Source: an uncultured Acidobacteriota bacterium (GTDB lineage Bacteria > Acidobacteriota > Terriglobia > UBA7540). Taken from it: 64,000 nucleotides of DNA. How positions within the stretch are numbered: the first letter of the stretch is position 1; each line of letters opens with the position of its first letter. Positions 19,190 to 30,152 of this stretch are shown in pieces. Below the pieces are notes generated by a model. It was not told the DNA's origin, searched no databases, and saw only the letters and a program-made list of their open reading frames with translations. A program made the position numbers and the translations under genes. The stretch covers positions 576,001-640,000 of the forward strand of contig CAWDSK010000001.1 of the NCBI GenBank assembly GCA_963804995.1. Direction: 5' to 3'.

Positions 19190-20290
19190 CCAGCCCCAAC
19201 GGGGCGTACTAACAAAGCCCGGGGCAACGCCCTGGGTCAACGAAGCCACCCCTTTCCATCGGTAAGCCCTGAAGGGGCGTGCTAACCCTACTCGCCATCG
19301 TGCCCGTTCGTCCCAGCCGGTGGGGCGGTTCAGGGGGTTGCGTAGATCGCCCCCTTCGCTTTGCTCAGAGCCTGCCCTGAGCGGAGCGAAGGGGCAGGCT
19401 CTACAGGGCTCGGGCCGGGAACCAATCTGTTAACCCAGGGCGTTGCCCCACCATTAAGATCGGCGGACCTTCGGCCTGGGCGTGGTAGGACGCCCCGTTG
19501 GGGCTCACAAGAACCTGGCGAGCCCTGCGCGGCGAAGCCGCACCCAAAACGTGCCACGGCCATCCGAAGGTGTGAAAAAATACCATTTTCACCGCTGAGA
19601 CGCTGAGACGCAGAGAAATGACCCTTTGTTTTCAAGCCTCTGCGCCTCCGCGTCTCCGCGGTGAAAGGTTTGATGGGATTCTTTCACAGCTTCTCCTGGC
19701 CGTGTCGGTCACGGGCGAGAGAAGCTGTGAAGAAATCCCTAAACGAGCAAAAGCATCTCGCGCAGAGACGCAGAGGCGCAGAGGCTGCAAAGAAAACAAA
19801 CCAGTTATTTGCTTAAAATCTCTGCGCCTCAGCGGCTCTGCGCGAGATTGTCTATTTCTTCACACCTTCAGACGCCCGTGGCACAGCGTAAAGGCCAGCG
19901 GCCTGCGCCCCAGAGCCGGCTTCTGGCGTCCACCATTAGGATCGGCGGACTTTCAGCCGGGGCCGCGCTCGGCCCCGATCATCAATTTGGAAAGAACGTG
20001 CTATCGGGGCTCGGCCCCGATGATCAATTTGGAAATAACGCGCTATCGGGGCTCGGCGCGCCACCCCTCCTCATCTGAGGCGGGGAGTGTTTTTAAGAAC
20101 TCCCCGCCTGATTTCCGTGGCGCCGTAGGCGACGGGGGTGGTTACCGCCTCCGCCGGGCGACTTGGCGCCACGATCAACACGACGCTTCTATCTTGTCAC
20201 CGCCACGCCACCGCTTGTCAGCACCACGCCTTTTCAGCACCACCCCGGCGCTCGGCGCGCCACCCCTCCTCATCTGAGGCGGGGAGTTCT
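19190..20290. repeat. Non-coding patchwork of palindromic and tandem repeats
   Basis: AGCCC..GGGGCG units; GAGACGCAGAG/CTCTGCG inverted units; 42-bp tandem repeat starting at 19968, 20010 and 20052; CGGCGCGCCACCCCTCCTCATCTGAG x2 (also at ~32398). Confidence 0.7.
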
Positions 20291-20544
20291 TCTCAAGGCG
20301 AGGCCGCTCGGGTCACTCGCTAATATGGACAGCCTTGGTCAGAGACCGCCGCTACAGACCCCGCCATTCGCCCAAACTCCTCAAGGGCCGTAACCTGATC
20401 TGCCGTGCTTTCTTGGTTGGACCTGCGGCTAATGATATTCTTCCCTTGCGGGGAATAGGCCGGCGTTGCGGTGACATCTGCTTATAGGTCCGCCGCCCTG
20501 GGGCGCGGTTAACCTGAAAAATCCATCACAAAAGGAGCTCGCCA

Positions 20545-21432
20545 ATGACTTTTGCGACATCACTTCGGGCAGTCGCTCTCACGATTTCACTGTTCTTTCT
20601 CGCTCTCACCGGGCTGGCTCAGCCCGCTAACGCGCAATCCAAAAAGGTTTTCATGATTACGGATATGGAGGGCGTGGACGGCGTCTTCAATTCGGCTTTG
20701 CAGGTCGTGCCCAACGAGAGCCCGCGCTGGGAAGAGTCCTTGGAGATGTTTACGGATGAGATCAACGCGGCGGTGACGGGACTGCTTGCCGGAGGAGCCA
20801 CGGACGTCGTGATCTGGGACGGTCACCATGCCGACAGCAATCTCTCCGCGCGTGATATCCATCCCCGCGCCCGGCTGCTGACCGGTGAACCGATCTCGCC
20901 TACTCTGGAACTGGATGCTTCCTACGGCGCGGTCATCTTTATCGGGCAACACGCCATGGCCGGGGCGGAGAATGCCGTGCTTAGCCACTCGTATTCATTT
21001 ACGATTCAAAACATCTGGGTGAACAACAAACTGACGGGAGAAATCGGGGCGCGGACCCTGTTGGCAGGAACCATGGGCATCCCCGTCATCATGCTTTCCG
21101 GAGACACCGCCGCCTGTAAGGAACTGCACGACCTGGTTCCCCAGGCGGAGTGCGCCGAGGTCAAGACGGGCGTCAGCAGGACGGCGGGATTCATGCTCTC
21201 GCACGCGGCGGCCTGCGACCTGATTCAGCAAAAAGCCAAACGCGCCATGGAACGCCTGCCGGAATTCAAGCCATACAAGATCGCCGGGCCCGTAGAGGTG
21301 AAAGTAGAATTCACCACTCCGGGGACGCAGGTCTTCAGGCCCCGGGAGGGAGTGGAACGAATCAACGATCGCACCTGGGTGTTTCGAGGGAAAGATATCC
21401 TCAACGCCTGGTTGAAATATTCGGATTTTTGA
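20545..21432 (+). CDS. M55-family D-aminopeptidase (DppA-like), exported
   Basis: TDMEG, DGH, GQHAMAG, LSHSY and SGD motifs; signal peptide; AAGGAG RBS. Confidence 0.9.
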   Translation: MTFATSLRAVALTISLFFLALTGLAQPANAQSKKVFMITDMEGVDGVFNSALQVVPNESPRWEESLEMFTDEINAAVTGLLAGGATDVVIWDGHHADSNLSARDIHPRARLLTGEPISPTLELDASYGAVIFIGQHAMAGAENAVLSHSYSFTIQNIWVNNKLTGEIGARTLLAGTMGIPVIMLSGDTAACKELHDLVPQAECAEVKTGVSRTAGFMLSHAAACDLIQQKAKRAMERLPEFKPYKIAGPVEVKVEFTTPGTQVFRPREGVERINDRTWVFRGKDILNAWLKYSDF

Positions 21433-21812
21433 GAGCGTGGGTGGATTCTCGCTTGGCGGGATTGCGAGAATGAGCATGCCTCGATCGTTTGGCGCAGCTC
21501 AGCCGCGTGGGCTGCCTGCTTCGAAGACGCTGCTGCCTCAATCTGGTTGGGGTGCGAACCGGAAGTGGGAAATCGGCACGTCCGGTCGGGCGTGGGGCGC
21601 AGAAGGCAGGCTCGGCGAGGGGCCCGAAGGTAGGGCTCGGCCCCGCGTTTGCCCCCGCTCTAATCTTGTAGATCCACGACTTTTTGTCGTGGTGGGACAT
21701 GTCCCACATGTTGCTCTCCGCGGGGCATAGCGAGCGAGGTCCCACTTAATTCCCCACCTTCATGCGTTATTTTCCCATGACTTTTCGCATGCCAATTTGC
21801 CGGGTTGCGCTT

Positions 21813-23231
21813 CTAGTCTTCGATTGGTAAATCGTACTTTTCCCCAAACATACCGAGCGCGGCTTTCACCATTTCGTCCTCAGCTTCCGGCGCCCAACCC
21901 ACCGGACATCCAAGCTGAATCTGGATCACCTGCGCCTGGTAAGCGTTCTCGCGCACAAGTTCGCGCGTCGGCACATACAGATTCCGTTCGCCGAAATATC
22001 CAAACAGCATGAAGGGCCCTTTCAAACGCATCCGGTCTTTGATGCGCGCGCCCACAGGAGAACAGGGCTCACCCTGAATCGCCAGGAAGTTCAAGTTTCC
22101 GATCTTCGCCGCCAGGGCCTCTACCATTCGGCACTCGTACTTGCGCGGCTTGTCGAGTTTGGTAACGAAGAAACCACCATCCCCGCATGGCATGTCGGAA
22201 GTCTTCGTGGGGAACGGTATGCCGTCCTTATAGTGCTGCACCAGGGCGCGGATCCAGTTCGTGCCCCTCGCGGGATGCGGTGGCGGCACCAAGCCAACAT
22301 CCATCGGAATGCCGCGCGCGAGGTCCAAAGCCTTCTCATACGGCAGAGGCTCGGCCAGCGGCAGGTCCACTACTTTTAACTGGCTTTCGAGCGGCCCGGT
22401 AATTTCCACCAGCGGACCGTTCGCAATCTTGATGACCTCTTCGGCCAGATAGTGACCAAGCTTATGGCACGCGACCGTCTTATCCATGCCAGTAAAGCCG
22501 GTGGGGAACTGGTTACCGCCGCAAGCGTCAGCGTAAAGGGCGAGGGCGCCGGGGAATCTTTCCTCAACTTCGTCCATGGCGTAACCTGGGTGCGACGGGT
22601 CGTATCCAGTTCCGATAGCACCCGGGTGCGTCGGCTGATTGAACAGTAGCGCCACCGGACGCCCGCCCTTGGCCACTCGCAATAACTGGATCTCGAAGTC
22701 CACGGGAGCCGAACCGCTGGACCGCACCCAGTAGCCATTCCCAAATCCGAAATGCAGCTCAACCGGACCATCTTCCTTGGCGATGGCTTCCTTAATGGCG
22801 CCGAAGATCTTTTCCGCCAGCCAGGCGCCGTAGTCGTAGTTGGTCGGAACCGTCTGCATGGGCACATCGTGGTTGTGCGTGGCCAGCAGAATCAGATAGG
22901 CAGGGGTGATGCCCAAATCATTTTCCACGCGCTCCCGAAGGATCGGCGTGGCGTAGTCCAGGCAGTTCAGGTCGTAGGTGACAATCACCATGCGCCGCGT
23001 GCCGTCGTTCAAAGTTAGAACGCGCGCATGAACGGGGTGGTGGACAATCATCGGGTCGACCATTTTCCCATGCACGGTAATGCGGGGCCGATCCGGAGTG
23101 ATGTCAACCTTGGCGGTGCCTGCCTTCATCTTGCCTGCGTCGGGTCTTGCCCCGAGGGCAGCACCCCACGGCATCGCTGCCACACTGGAGGCGGCGCCCA
23201 GAAAACGTCTGCGGCTTATGCTGGATTGCAT
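21813..23231 (-). CDS. Tat-exported neutral-ceramidase-like hydrolase
   Basis: SRRRFL Tat motif; AGTAKVDITP, LLATHNH, QPTHP, DACGGNQ; GGGAGGAG RBS. Confidence 0.7.
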   Translation of the reverse strand: MQSSISRRRFLGAASSVAAMPWGAALGARPDAGKMKAGTAKVDITPDRPRITVHGKMVDPMIVHHPVHARVLTLNDGTRRMVIVTYDLNCLDYATPILRERVENDLGITPAYLILLATHNHDVPMQTVPTNYDYGAWLAEKIFGAIKEAIAKEDGPVELHFGFGNGYWVRSSGSAPVDFEIQLLRVAKGGRPVALLFNQPTHPGAIGTGYDPSHPGYAMDEVEERFPGALALYADACGGNQFPTGFTGMDKTVACHKLGHYLAEEVIKIANGPLVEITGPLESQLKVVDLPLAEPLPYEKALDLARGIPMDVGLVPPPHPARGTNWIRALVQHYKDGIPFPTKTSDMPCGDGGFFVTKLDKPRKYECRMVEALAAKIGNLNFLAIQGEPCSPVGARIKDRMRLKGPFMLFGYFGERNLYVPTRELVRENAYQAQVIQIQLGCPVGWAPEAEDEMVKAALGMFGEKYDLPIED

Positions 23232-23672
23232 GGCGATTCTCCTCCCGAAACTGAGATTGCGCGTTGGCCCGGATTTCTTATCCAAAAACTGCAAGAGGTT
23301 TCTTCTTTCTGGCGTCCGTGCAGGCGCATTATACGCTTAATCAACCGTGCACAAGCCGCAGGGTCACAAATGCATCAAGTCTGAGGCTGAACAAGCTTGG
23401 GCTTATGCCACCTCTCCTTCAGATTGAACCCCCGCCCAGAAACCAGTTGCGTGGGTCCTCGAAACGGAGCAGAATAGATGTGTAGCTAAACGCTGTTCTA
23501 AGGCATCCAACCATAAGGGGAATTCAGCATTGCTCCTGGCGGCTGGCGCCGGTTATTCCCCGGGGGGCGACACACAGTAAGGCCTGAGGCAGCACAGCAT
23601 GAAGTGGAATGAACGGAAACGGGACCTCGAGTAGCAAGCCTTCGTCATCCACCCCGATTTGGAGAAAATTCA

Positions 23673-25103
23673 TTGGAGCCAGCCTCCCAGCTCTTTCCAA
23701 GCTATTCTCTCTCTGTCGACAAGTTCCACGACCATTGTGGCGTCTTTGCAGTCTACGGACACCCGGACGCCGCTAAGCTCACCTACCTGGGTCTCTACGC
23801 CTTACAACATCGCGGACAGGAAAGCGCCGGGATCGCAGTTTCCGATGGGGATAACCTAACCTGCAAGAGGGGCATGGGGCACGTGGATGAGGTTTTTCCG
23901 AAAAACGTCGTCCAGGGCCTGCCGGGGCGGCTGGCTATCGGCCACACGCGCTACTCCACTGCCGGCGACACGGACTTGAAAAACGCCCAGCCGTTGAAGG
24001 TGAGTTGTCACCGGGGTCAAGTGGCTCTCGCCCACAACGGCAACCTGGTCAACGCCACTTCGATCCGGCGGGACCTGGAAAGCCGCGGCGACATTTTCCA
24101 AACCACCAGCGACACGGAAGTCATACTGCATTTCTTTGCCCGCTCGCGACAGGCAGGAACGCCGGAAGCCGTCGCCGAAGCGCTCAACAAAGTGGTGGGA
24201 GCCTACTCGCTGGTGATGCTCTTCAAGGATGCGGTTTACGGCATCCGCGACCCACGGGGCTTCCGCCCGCTCAGTTTGGGGAAACTTGACGGCGCCTACG
24301 TCCTAGCGTCAGAGTCCTGCGCTTTTGACCTGATCGACGCGAAGTTTATCCGGGATGTGGAGCCGGGCGAGATGGTGATTCTGGATGCGCGGGGCGTGAC
24401 GTCTTTGCGTTTTGCGCCGCCCGCCCCGCCGGCCCAGTGCATCTTCGAGCACGTTTACTTCTCCCGCCCGGATAGCGTGGTCTTCAACCGTCCCGTCCAG
24501 GAAAGCCGCGAGATGCTGGGGCGCTACCTGGCGCGTGAGCATCCCGTGGACGCCGACCTGGTCGTTCCGGTTCCGGACTCCGGGGTTCCCGCCGCCACGG
24601 GGTTTGCCGCAGAATCCGGCATCCCTTTCAAGATTGCACTCATCCGAAACCACTACGTGGGGCGCACCTTCATCGAGCCCACCCAGGCGATCCGCGACTT
24701 CGGGGTGAAGCTCAAGCTAAACCCGGTGCGTAGCTTGCTGGAAGGAAGGCGCGTAGTGCTGGTTGACGATTCTATTGTTCGTGGAACAACCAGTCGCAAG
24801 ATTGTGCGCATCGTACGAGAGGCAGGAGCTCGTGAGGTGCACATGCGGATCAGTTGTCCGCCCACGTTGTCTCCCTGCTTTTACGGCATCGACACGCCGA
24901 CCAAGAAGGAGTTGATTGCGGCCACCCATTCGGTGGACGAGATCCGTGAATACCTGGGCGCGGATACGTTGGGTTATCTTTCGGTTGAAGGGTTGCGGCG
25001 AGCGGTCGGCGATACCGAAGGCCGCTATTGCCTGGCCTGCTACACCGGGAATTACCCCACGACTATTCAAGAGCCGTTGATCGCCTTGCGCAATCGGGAT
25101 TGA
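23673..25103 (+). CDS. purF: Amidophosphoribosyltransferase
   Basis: DHCGVF (catalytic Cys after propeptide), LQHRGQESAG, GHTRYST, VDDSIVRGTT, Fe-S cysteines. Confidence 0.97.
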   Translation: MEPASQLFPSYSLSVDKFHDHCGVFAVYGHPDAAKLTYLGLYALQHRGQESAGIAVSDGDNLTCKRGMGHVDEVFPKNVVQGLPGRLAIGHTRYSTAGDTDLKNAQPLKVSCHRGQVALAHNGNLVNATSIRRDLESRGDIFQTTSDTEVILHFFARSRQAGTPEAVAEALNKVVGAYSLVMLFKDAVYGIRDPRGFRPLSLGKLDGAYVLASESCAFDLIDAKFIRDVEPGEMVILDARGVTSLRFAPPAPPAQCIFEHVYFSRPDSVVFNRPVQESREMLGRYLAREHPVDADLVVPVPDSGVPAATGFAAESGIPFKIALIRNHYVGRTFIEPTQAIRDFGVKLKLNPVRSLLEGRRVVLVDDSIVRGTTSRKIVRIVREAGAREVHMRISCPPTLSPCFYGIDTPTKKELIAATHSVDEIREYLGADTLGYLSVEGLRRAVGDTEGRYCLACYTGNYPTTIQEPLIALRNRD

Positions 25104-25108
25104 GCCTA

Positions 25109-25933
25109 ATGGAACCTTTGGAATCCAAGCCGGAAGAAATCTCTACCCCTGAGCCGGTCGCCGAAGTCAAATCTCCCAAGCCGCAGCGCCAGGAGACCGT
25201 CTGGGATACTCTCCGCTCTCTGCTCATCGTGCTGGTCGGCGTCTTCTGCATTCGCACTTTTGTGGCAGAGGCCACGGTCATCCCCACGGGGTCGATGGAG
25301 CGAACCATTCTGATAGGCGACCACGTGTTTTTGAACAAACTGCTCTATGGCCCCCGGTTGCCGTACACCTCCTTGCGCTTTCCGCCGCTCAAGGGAGTTA
25401 ATCGCGGGGAGATTGTAGCATTTCGTTATCCCCGCAATCCCTCAGTGATGTTCGTCAAGCGGGTAATCGGCGTCGGCGGCAACGTCGTGAAGATCCAAAA
25501 CAAGAAGGTTTACGTTAACGGTCAGCCCCTCATTGAGCCCTATGCGCAGTTCCAGTTTTCAACCACGTTGCCTTTGCGTGACGAGTTCCCGCCCACGCCG
25601 AGCCTGCTTGAAACCTTGCCTGCCGCCTGGGGGCTTGATCCTGCCTGGGCTCGCGAAATGCCCAACTACATCCGCCAGGATGGGTTGCATGTTCCACCCG
25701 GCTACCTATTCGCGATGGGTGACAACCGCGACAACTCGCTGGACAGCCGCTTCTGGGGATTTGTTCCTCTCGAAAATGTCGTAGGCGAACCGCTGTTCGT
25801 GTACTGGTCCTACGACGCGCCGAGCAAAGATTGGACAGCGGAGAATTTGGCGACGCGAACGAAGTTCGATGCTTCAATTATTTGGAACTTCTTTACGCGC
25901 ACGCGCTGGTCAAGGACCGGGAAGACCTTCTAG
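25109..25933 (+). CDS. lepB: Signal peptidase I
   Basis: IPTGSME (Ser), FVKRVIG (Lys), MGDNRDNSLDSRFWG. Confidence 0.95.
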   Translation: MEPLESKPEEISTPEPVAEVKSPKPQRQETVWDTLRSLLIVLVGVFCIRTFVAEATVIPTGSMERTILIGDHVFLNKLLYGPRLPYTSLRFPPLKGVNRGEIVAFRYPRNPSVMFVKRVIGVGGNVVKIQNKKVYVNGQPLIEPYAQFQFSTTLPLRDEFPPTPSLLETLPAAWGLDPAWAREMPNYIRQDGLHVPPGYLFAMGDNRDNSLDSRFWGFVPLENVVGEPLFVYWSYDAPSKDWTAENLATRTKFDASIIWNFFTRTRWSRTGKTF

Positions 25934-26041
25934 TCTGCCGGGTTTGGACTGCCTTCCTTCGCGATTCACCTTGGATAGGAAAACCGCGTTCTGGGGCCTG
26001 CCGCCTGTGCTATTATGGCGCGCTGCCGCTCCGAATCATCT

Positions 26042-27067
26042 ATGCGCTACCGTGACGCTGGCGTCGATATCGACGCCGCCAGCCAAGCCAAATCTCGCAT
26101 CAAGCAGTTGGCGCGAAGCACCTTCAGCCCTCGCGTTTTGAGAGAGGTCGGTGCCTTCGGCGGCTTCTTCTCCTTGCAAGGTCTGCCGCGCGATGCCGTG
26201 CTGGTGTCGAGCGTGGATGGCGTCGGCACCAAGCTCAAGATTGCCTTTGCCCTCAATCGCCACAATACAGTGGGGGCGGATCTGCTCAACCACTGCGTCA
26301 ATGACATTGCTGTGCACGGCGCCGCTCCCCTCTTCTTCCTCGATTACCTGGCCACGGGAAAGATGCGCCCGCAGGTGGTGACGGAAGTCGTCAGTGGCCT
26401 GGCACGCGCCTGCCGCAAAGTAGGGTGCGCACTCGTCGGCGGTGAGACTGCCGAGATGCCGGGCTTCTACCCTGAGGATGAGTACGATTTAGCAGGCTGC
26501 ATCGTGGGATGGGTGAGGCGAAGCAAAATCATTGATGGCGGCAGCATTCAGCCGGGAGACGTAATCCTGGGATTGCCTTCGCTCGGCCTGCATACCAACG
26601 GCTACTCGCTGGCCCGCAAAGTGCTACTCGAAAAGGCTGGCCTCAGACTCACCCAGCACATCCCCGAACTCGGCCGGACCCTTGGAGATGAACTGCTCGC
26701 CCCGCACCGCTGCTACTGGCCAGCAGTTCAGCCGCTGCTCGCCCGTGGCTGGCTGAAAGGCCTGGTCCACCTTACGGGTGGAGGCATTACAGATAACACC
26801 CCGAGAATTCTCCCCGACGGCACGCGAGCGGAAGTTCAACTGGGGAGCTGGCCGGTGCTGCCGATTTTCAACCTGATTGCCAAGCGGGGCAACGTCCCCG
26901 AGGACGACATGTTGCGCACCTTTAACATGGGCCTGGGGATGCTACTGATCATTTCGGAACGGAACCTTGCGAAGGTCATCTCAAACTTGCAGAAGCGGCG
27001 GGAAAAGTTCTGGAACATCGGTCGCATCGTCCGCGGCCGCCCGGGGGTGAAGTACCTGGGCGCTTAG
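26042..27067 (+). CDS. purM: Phosphoribosylformylglycinamidine cyclo-ligase
   Basis: YRDAGVDI, DGVGTK, GGETAEMPG, GLHTNGYSL, HLTGGG, FNMGLG. Confidence 0.97.
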   Translation: MRYRDAGVDIDAASQAKSRIKQLARSTFSPRVLREVGAFGGFFSLQGLPRDAVLVSSVDGVGTKLKIAFALNRHNTVGADLLNHCVNDIAVHGAAPLFFLDYLATGKMRPQVVTEVVSGLARACRKVGCALVGGETAEMPGFYPEDEYDLAGCIVGWVRRSKIIDGGSIQPGDVILGLPSLGLHTNGYSLARKVLLEKAGLRLTQHIPELGRTLGDELLAPHRCYWPAVQPLLARGWLKGLVHLTGGGITDNTPRILPDGTRAEVQLGSWPVLPIFNLIAKRGNVPEDDMLRTFNMGLGMLLIISERNLAKVISNLQKRREKFWNIGRIVRGRPGVKYLGA

Positions 27068-27130
27068 AGCCGATTGTTCAGCATGCGTCCTTCTGGCTTT
27101 GGATCATGAATCCCTTGGCGAGTGTCTTCC

Positions 27131-27731
27131 ATGAAAAAACTTGGAATCCTCCTTTCCGGCCGCGGCTCAAACTTTGAGGCCATCGCCCGCAACGTGCAAG
27201 CGGGCAAGATTCCGGCGGAAATCGCCGTGGTGATTAGCAATAAGGAAGACGCGCTGGGCTTGGCAAGGGCCCGGGAAATGGGGCTCGCGACCCGCTTCAT
27301 CCCCTCCAAGGGTAAAGAGCGCGAAGCATTCGACCGCGAAGTCGCGGCGGTGCTCAAAGAATTCCAGGTTGACTTGGTCTGCCTGGCCGGCTTCATGCGC
27401 ATCCTCAGTCCTTACTTCGTGCGGGAATTCCCCCGTCGCATCCTGAACATTCACCCCGCCTTGCTTCCTGCCTTCCCGGGAGAAGACGCGCAACGGCAGG
27501 CGCTCGAATACGGTGTTAAATTCACCGGCTGCACCGTTCACATCGTGGACGAAGGCGTGGATACCGGCCCCATCATCTGCCAGGCGGTGGTGCCGGTGCT
27601 CGAACGCCGACACCGCGGAAACGCTTGCCGCGCGAATCCTCAAAGAAGAACACCGCATTTACTCCGAGGCCATCTGTCTGCTCCTGGAAGACCGCGTTCA
27701 CATCGAAGGCCGCCGCGTGCTGGGCAAATGA
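27131..27731 (+). CDS. purN: Phosphoribosylglycinamide formyltransferase (apparent extra base near 27603)
   Basis: SGRGSN, LAGFMRIL, NIHPALLP, GCTVH, DTGPII; the conserved end DTAETLAARILKEEHRIYSEAI is in another frame. Confidence 0.9.
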
Positions 27732-27792
27732 TATCCACCCTCACAGGTAGCGACGAACGCATCGAGGTGATACACTAGCGTGTGTAATCCCT

Positions 27793-28074
27793 ATGGCCAC
27801 AAAGACCAGAATTAACGTTACCTTCGACCCTGAAACCTTGCGCCTAGCGGACCGGGAAGCCCGCCGACGGAAAACTTCGCGCAGCAATCTTATTCGCACC
27901 GCAGTTCGTGCTTTCGCCTCCGAGCACGAAAAACAACAGGCCGAGACCGCCCGGTTACAGCGCCAAAGGAAAGCGGTAGCGACCATGGACCGCTTGGCGC
28001 GAGAAGCCGGTGACTGGCCAGCAGTTGAGATTCTCCACGCGTGGAGATACCGGCTGCAGGGTGGCAAGAAGTGA
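27793..28074 (+). CDS. CopG/RHH antitoxin
   Basis: RINVTFDPETLRLADREARRRKTSRSNLIRTAV; GTGA overlap with the PIN gene. Confidence 0.8.
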   Translation: MATKTRINVTFDPETLRLADREARRRKTSRSNLIRTAVRAFASEHEKQQAETARLQRQRKAVATMDRLAREAGDWPAVEILHAWRYRLQGGKK

Positions 28075-28523
28075 CCACCGACCTTTCCAGATCCCGGTAC
28101 GTCGTCGACACTTCCGTTGTGCTGAAATGGTTTGTGCAAAGCGAAGAGAGTGATTGGTTACAGGCCCGGGAATTGCGCACAGCCTATATTCAGAAGCGTT
28201 GCACCCTGAGTTGCCCAGAGTTTCTTGTGCTCGAGCTTGCCAATGCTTTGAAGACGGGACGAAGGTTCACCGCCGATGAAATTAATGTAATTGCAGATTC
28301 GTTTCGGGCGCTGGACCTAGTCTTGGAGGCGTTAAGCTGGTCCACACTCGCGAAGGCAGTAGAGCTGGCGGCCTCGCTCAACGCGGCGGTCTACGATTCT
28401 TACTTTTTGGCCTCTGCAATCGAGTCTAGCAGCATCCTGGTGACGGCTGATGACCTCTTTGTGCGCAAGGTTGGGAAACATCCCAATCTGTCAGCGCTCC
28501 GCCAGCTCCAGATCCTGACCTGA
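28071..28523 (+). CDS. vapC: VapC-family PIN toxin
   Basis: YVVDTSVVLKWF, LELANAL, VYDSYFLA, LVTADD. Confidence 0.9.
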   Translation: MTTDLSRSRYVVDTSVVLKWFVQSEESDWLQARELRTAYIQKRCTLSCPEFLVLELANALKTGRRFTADEINVIADSFRALDLVLEALSWSTLAKAVELAASLNAAVYDSYFLASAIESSSILVTADDLFVRKVGKHPNLSALRQLQILT

Positions 28524-28557
28524 GTGCAGAAGCTAATCCGACTGACGATTAACCCCT

Positions 28558-29868
28558 ATGACCCTCGACGAACAACTCGCATACCTCACCAAAGGCGCGG
28601 AGGAAACCATCCGCGTGGAAGAGCTCAAAGCCAAGCTGGAGCGCTCGGCGAAGACCGGCAAGCCGCTGCGCGTGAAAGCCGGGTTTGACCCCACGGCGCC
28701 GGATATTCACCTTGGCCACACCGTGCTGATTCGCAAGCTGAAACACTTCCAGGATCTCGGTCACACGGTGATTTTTCTGATTGGCGATTTCACCGGCATG
28801 ATCGGTGACCCTTCCGGCCGGAACGTCACGCGCCCACCTTTGACGCCGGAGGAGATCGCCGCCAACGCGGAAACTTACAAGAAACAGGTCTTCAAGATTC
28901 TCGATCCGCACAAGACTGTCGTGGACTTCAATAATCGCTGGCTCGGCAAACTCACTGGGCGCGACTGGGTGACGCTTTGCTCCAAGTACACCGTGGCGCG
29001 AATGCTGGAGCGTGACGACTTTGCCAATCGCATGAAAGAGCAGCGGCCCATTTCCATGCACGAACTGCTTTACCCGCTCTCGCAAGCGTACGACTCCGTG
29101 GCGCTCGAAGCTGATGTGGAACTTGGCGGCACCGACCAGAAATTCAATCTGCTCGTGGCGCGGGCCATCCAGGCCGAATATGGGCAGGAGTCGCAGGTCA
29201 TCATGACCACGCCCATCCTCGAAGGGCTCGACGGCGTGCAGAAGATGTCGAAGTCACTGGGCAACTACGTGGGCATCAATGAGCCCCCCGCCGAAATGTT
29301 CGGCAAGTTGCTGTCGATCTCGGATGAGATGATGTGGCGTTACTACCTGCTGCTCACCGATCTGACTCCTGCCCAGATTGAGGCACTCAAGACCTCGGTC
29401 GCGTCCGGAAAGAATCACCCGCTCGAAATGAAGAAAGCCCTGGCGCAGCGCATCATCACGGATTTCCACGGGCCGGAGGCAGCCGAGCAAGCGCAGAAGG
29501 ATTTTGAATTCAAGCACGAGAGCAAAGGGATTGATCCGAATGCACCCTCGGCGAGTGCCGTGGTTTCATCGGCAGGCCTCATACGGGTGACAGTTGGAGC
29601 CTCCGAGAAGGAGTTCAAGGTCGGTGCGAGGCTTGACACCTGGCTTGTGAACCTGGACATCTGCAAATCCAAGAGCGACGCCCAGCGCCAAATCAAAGCG
29701 GGTGCAGTCTATATTGCGACCGGGGACCTTGGGCAAGCCACTTGGGAGCGAATAACCAATCCCGCCTCAAAATTTTCTCCTTGGGACAACAAGGGCAATC
29801 CGGTTTACACGGAGGTAGTCTTTAAGGTGGGCCGCCAGCAATATCGAGTCAAGTTCCCGCCAAAGTAA
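28558..29868 (+). CDS. tyrS: Tyrosine--tRNA ligase
   Basis: [13 protein letters not shown] (HIGH), [14 protein letters not shown]-terminal S4-like [14 protein letters not shown]. Confidence 0.97.
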   Translation: MTLDEQLAYLTKGAEETIRVEELKAKLERSAKTGKPLRVKAGFDPTAPDIHLGHTVLIRKLKHFQDLGHTVIFLIGDFTGMIGDPSGRNVTRPPLTPEEIAANAETYKKQVFKILDPHKTVVDFNNRWLGKLTGRDWVTLCSKYTVARMLERDDFANRMKEQRPISMHELLYPLSQAYDSVALEADVELGGTDQKFNLLVARAIQAEYGQESQVIMTTPILEGLDGVQKMSKSLGNYVGINEPPAEMFGKLLSISDEMMWRYYLLLTDLTPAQIEALKTSVASGKNHPLEMKKALAQRIITDFHGPEAAEQAQKDFEFKHESKGIDPNAPSASAVVSSAGLIRVTVGASEKEFKVGARLDTWLVNLDICKSKSDAQRQIKAGAVYIATGDLGQATWERITNPASKFSPWDNKGNPVYTEVVFKVGRQQYRVKFPPK

Positions 29869-29882
29869 GATTCTCTGGTGCA

Positions 29883-30008
29883 ATGGTTCGAGTAAATCCG
29901 GACGGCACATCGACACCATTGACCATGCCAAATCATCCCCATTTGAAAGGGTCCACACTCAGGACCATCTGCACGCAGGCGGGCATCCCCAGAGACGAAT
30001 TCCTTTAG
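29883..30008 (+). pseudogene. HicA-family toxin remnant (C-terminal half)
   Basis: MVRVNPDGTSTPLTMPNHPHLKGSTLRTICTQAGIPRDEFL* matches the HicA C-terminal pattern; N-terminus absent. Confidence 0.6.
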
Positions 30009-30152
30009 ACCTTTGAAGGTTCATAGTTTGGCGCGACCGCTGGCCTCAATCAAAGTAAAGTTCGCCATGAACTTCGCGCCTTTCAATCTCCAACGATGGC
30101 TGAAAGCATCGAGCCGCTTGAACTGGGGTTGGCATGAAGACCTCAGGCTTGC

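Noticed and set aside
19968..20060. 42-bp periodic repeat as a mini-CRISPR
   Set aside because: Only ~2.2 near-identical tandem units and no spacers
23530..23595. ZMP/ZTP (pfl) riboswitch upstream of purF
   Set aside because: GCGGCTGGCG...GGGGGGCG is reminiscent, but the 3' GCC..CGCCTGGGC hairpin/pseudoknot is not matched (GGCCTGAGGC); an Infernal scan would be needed
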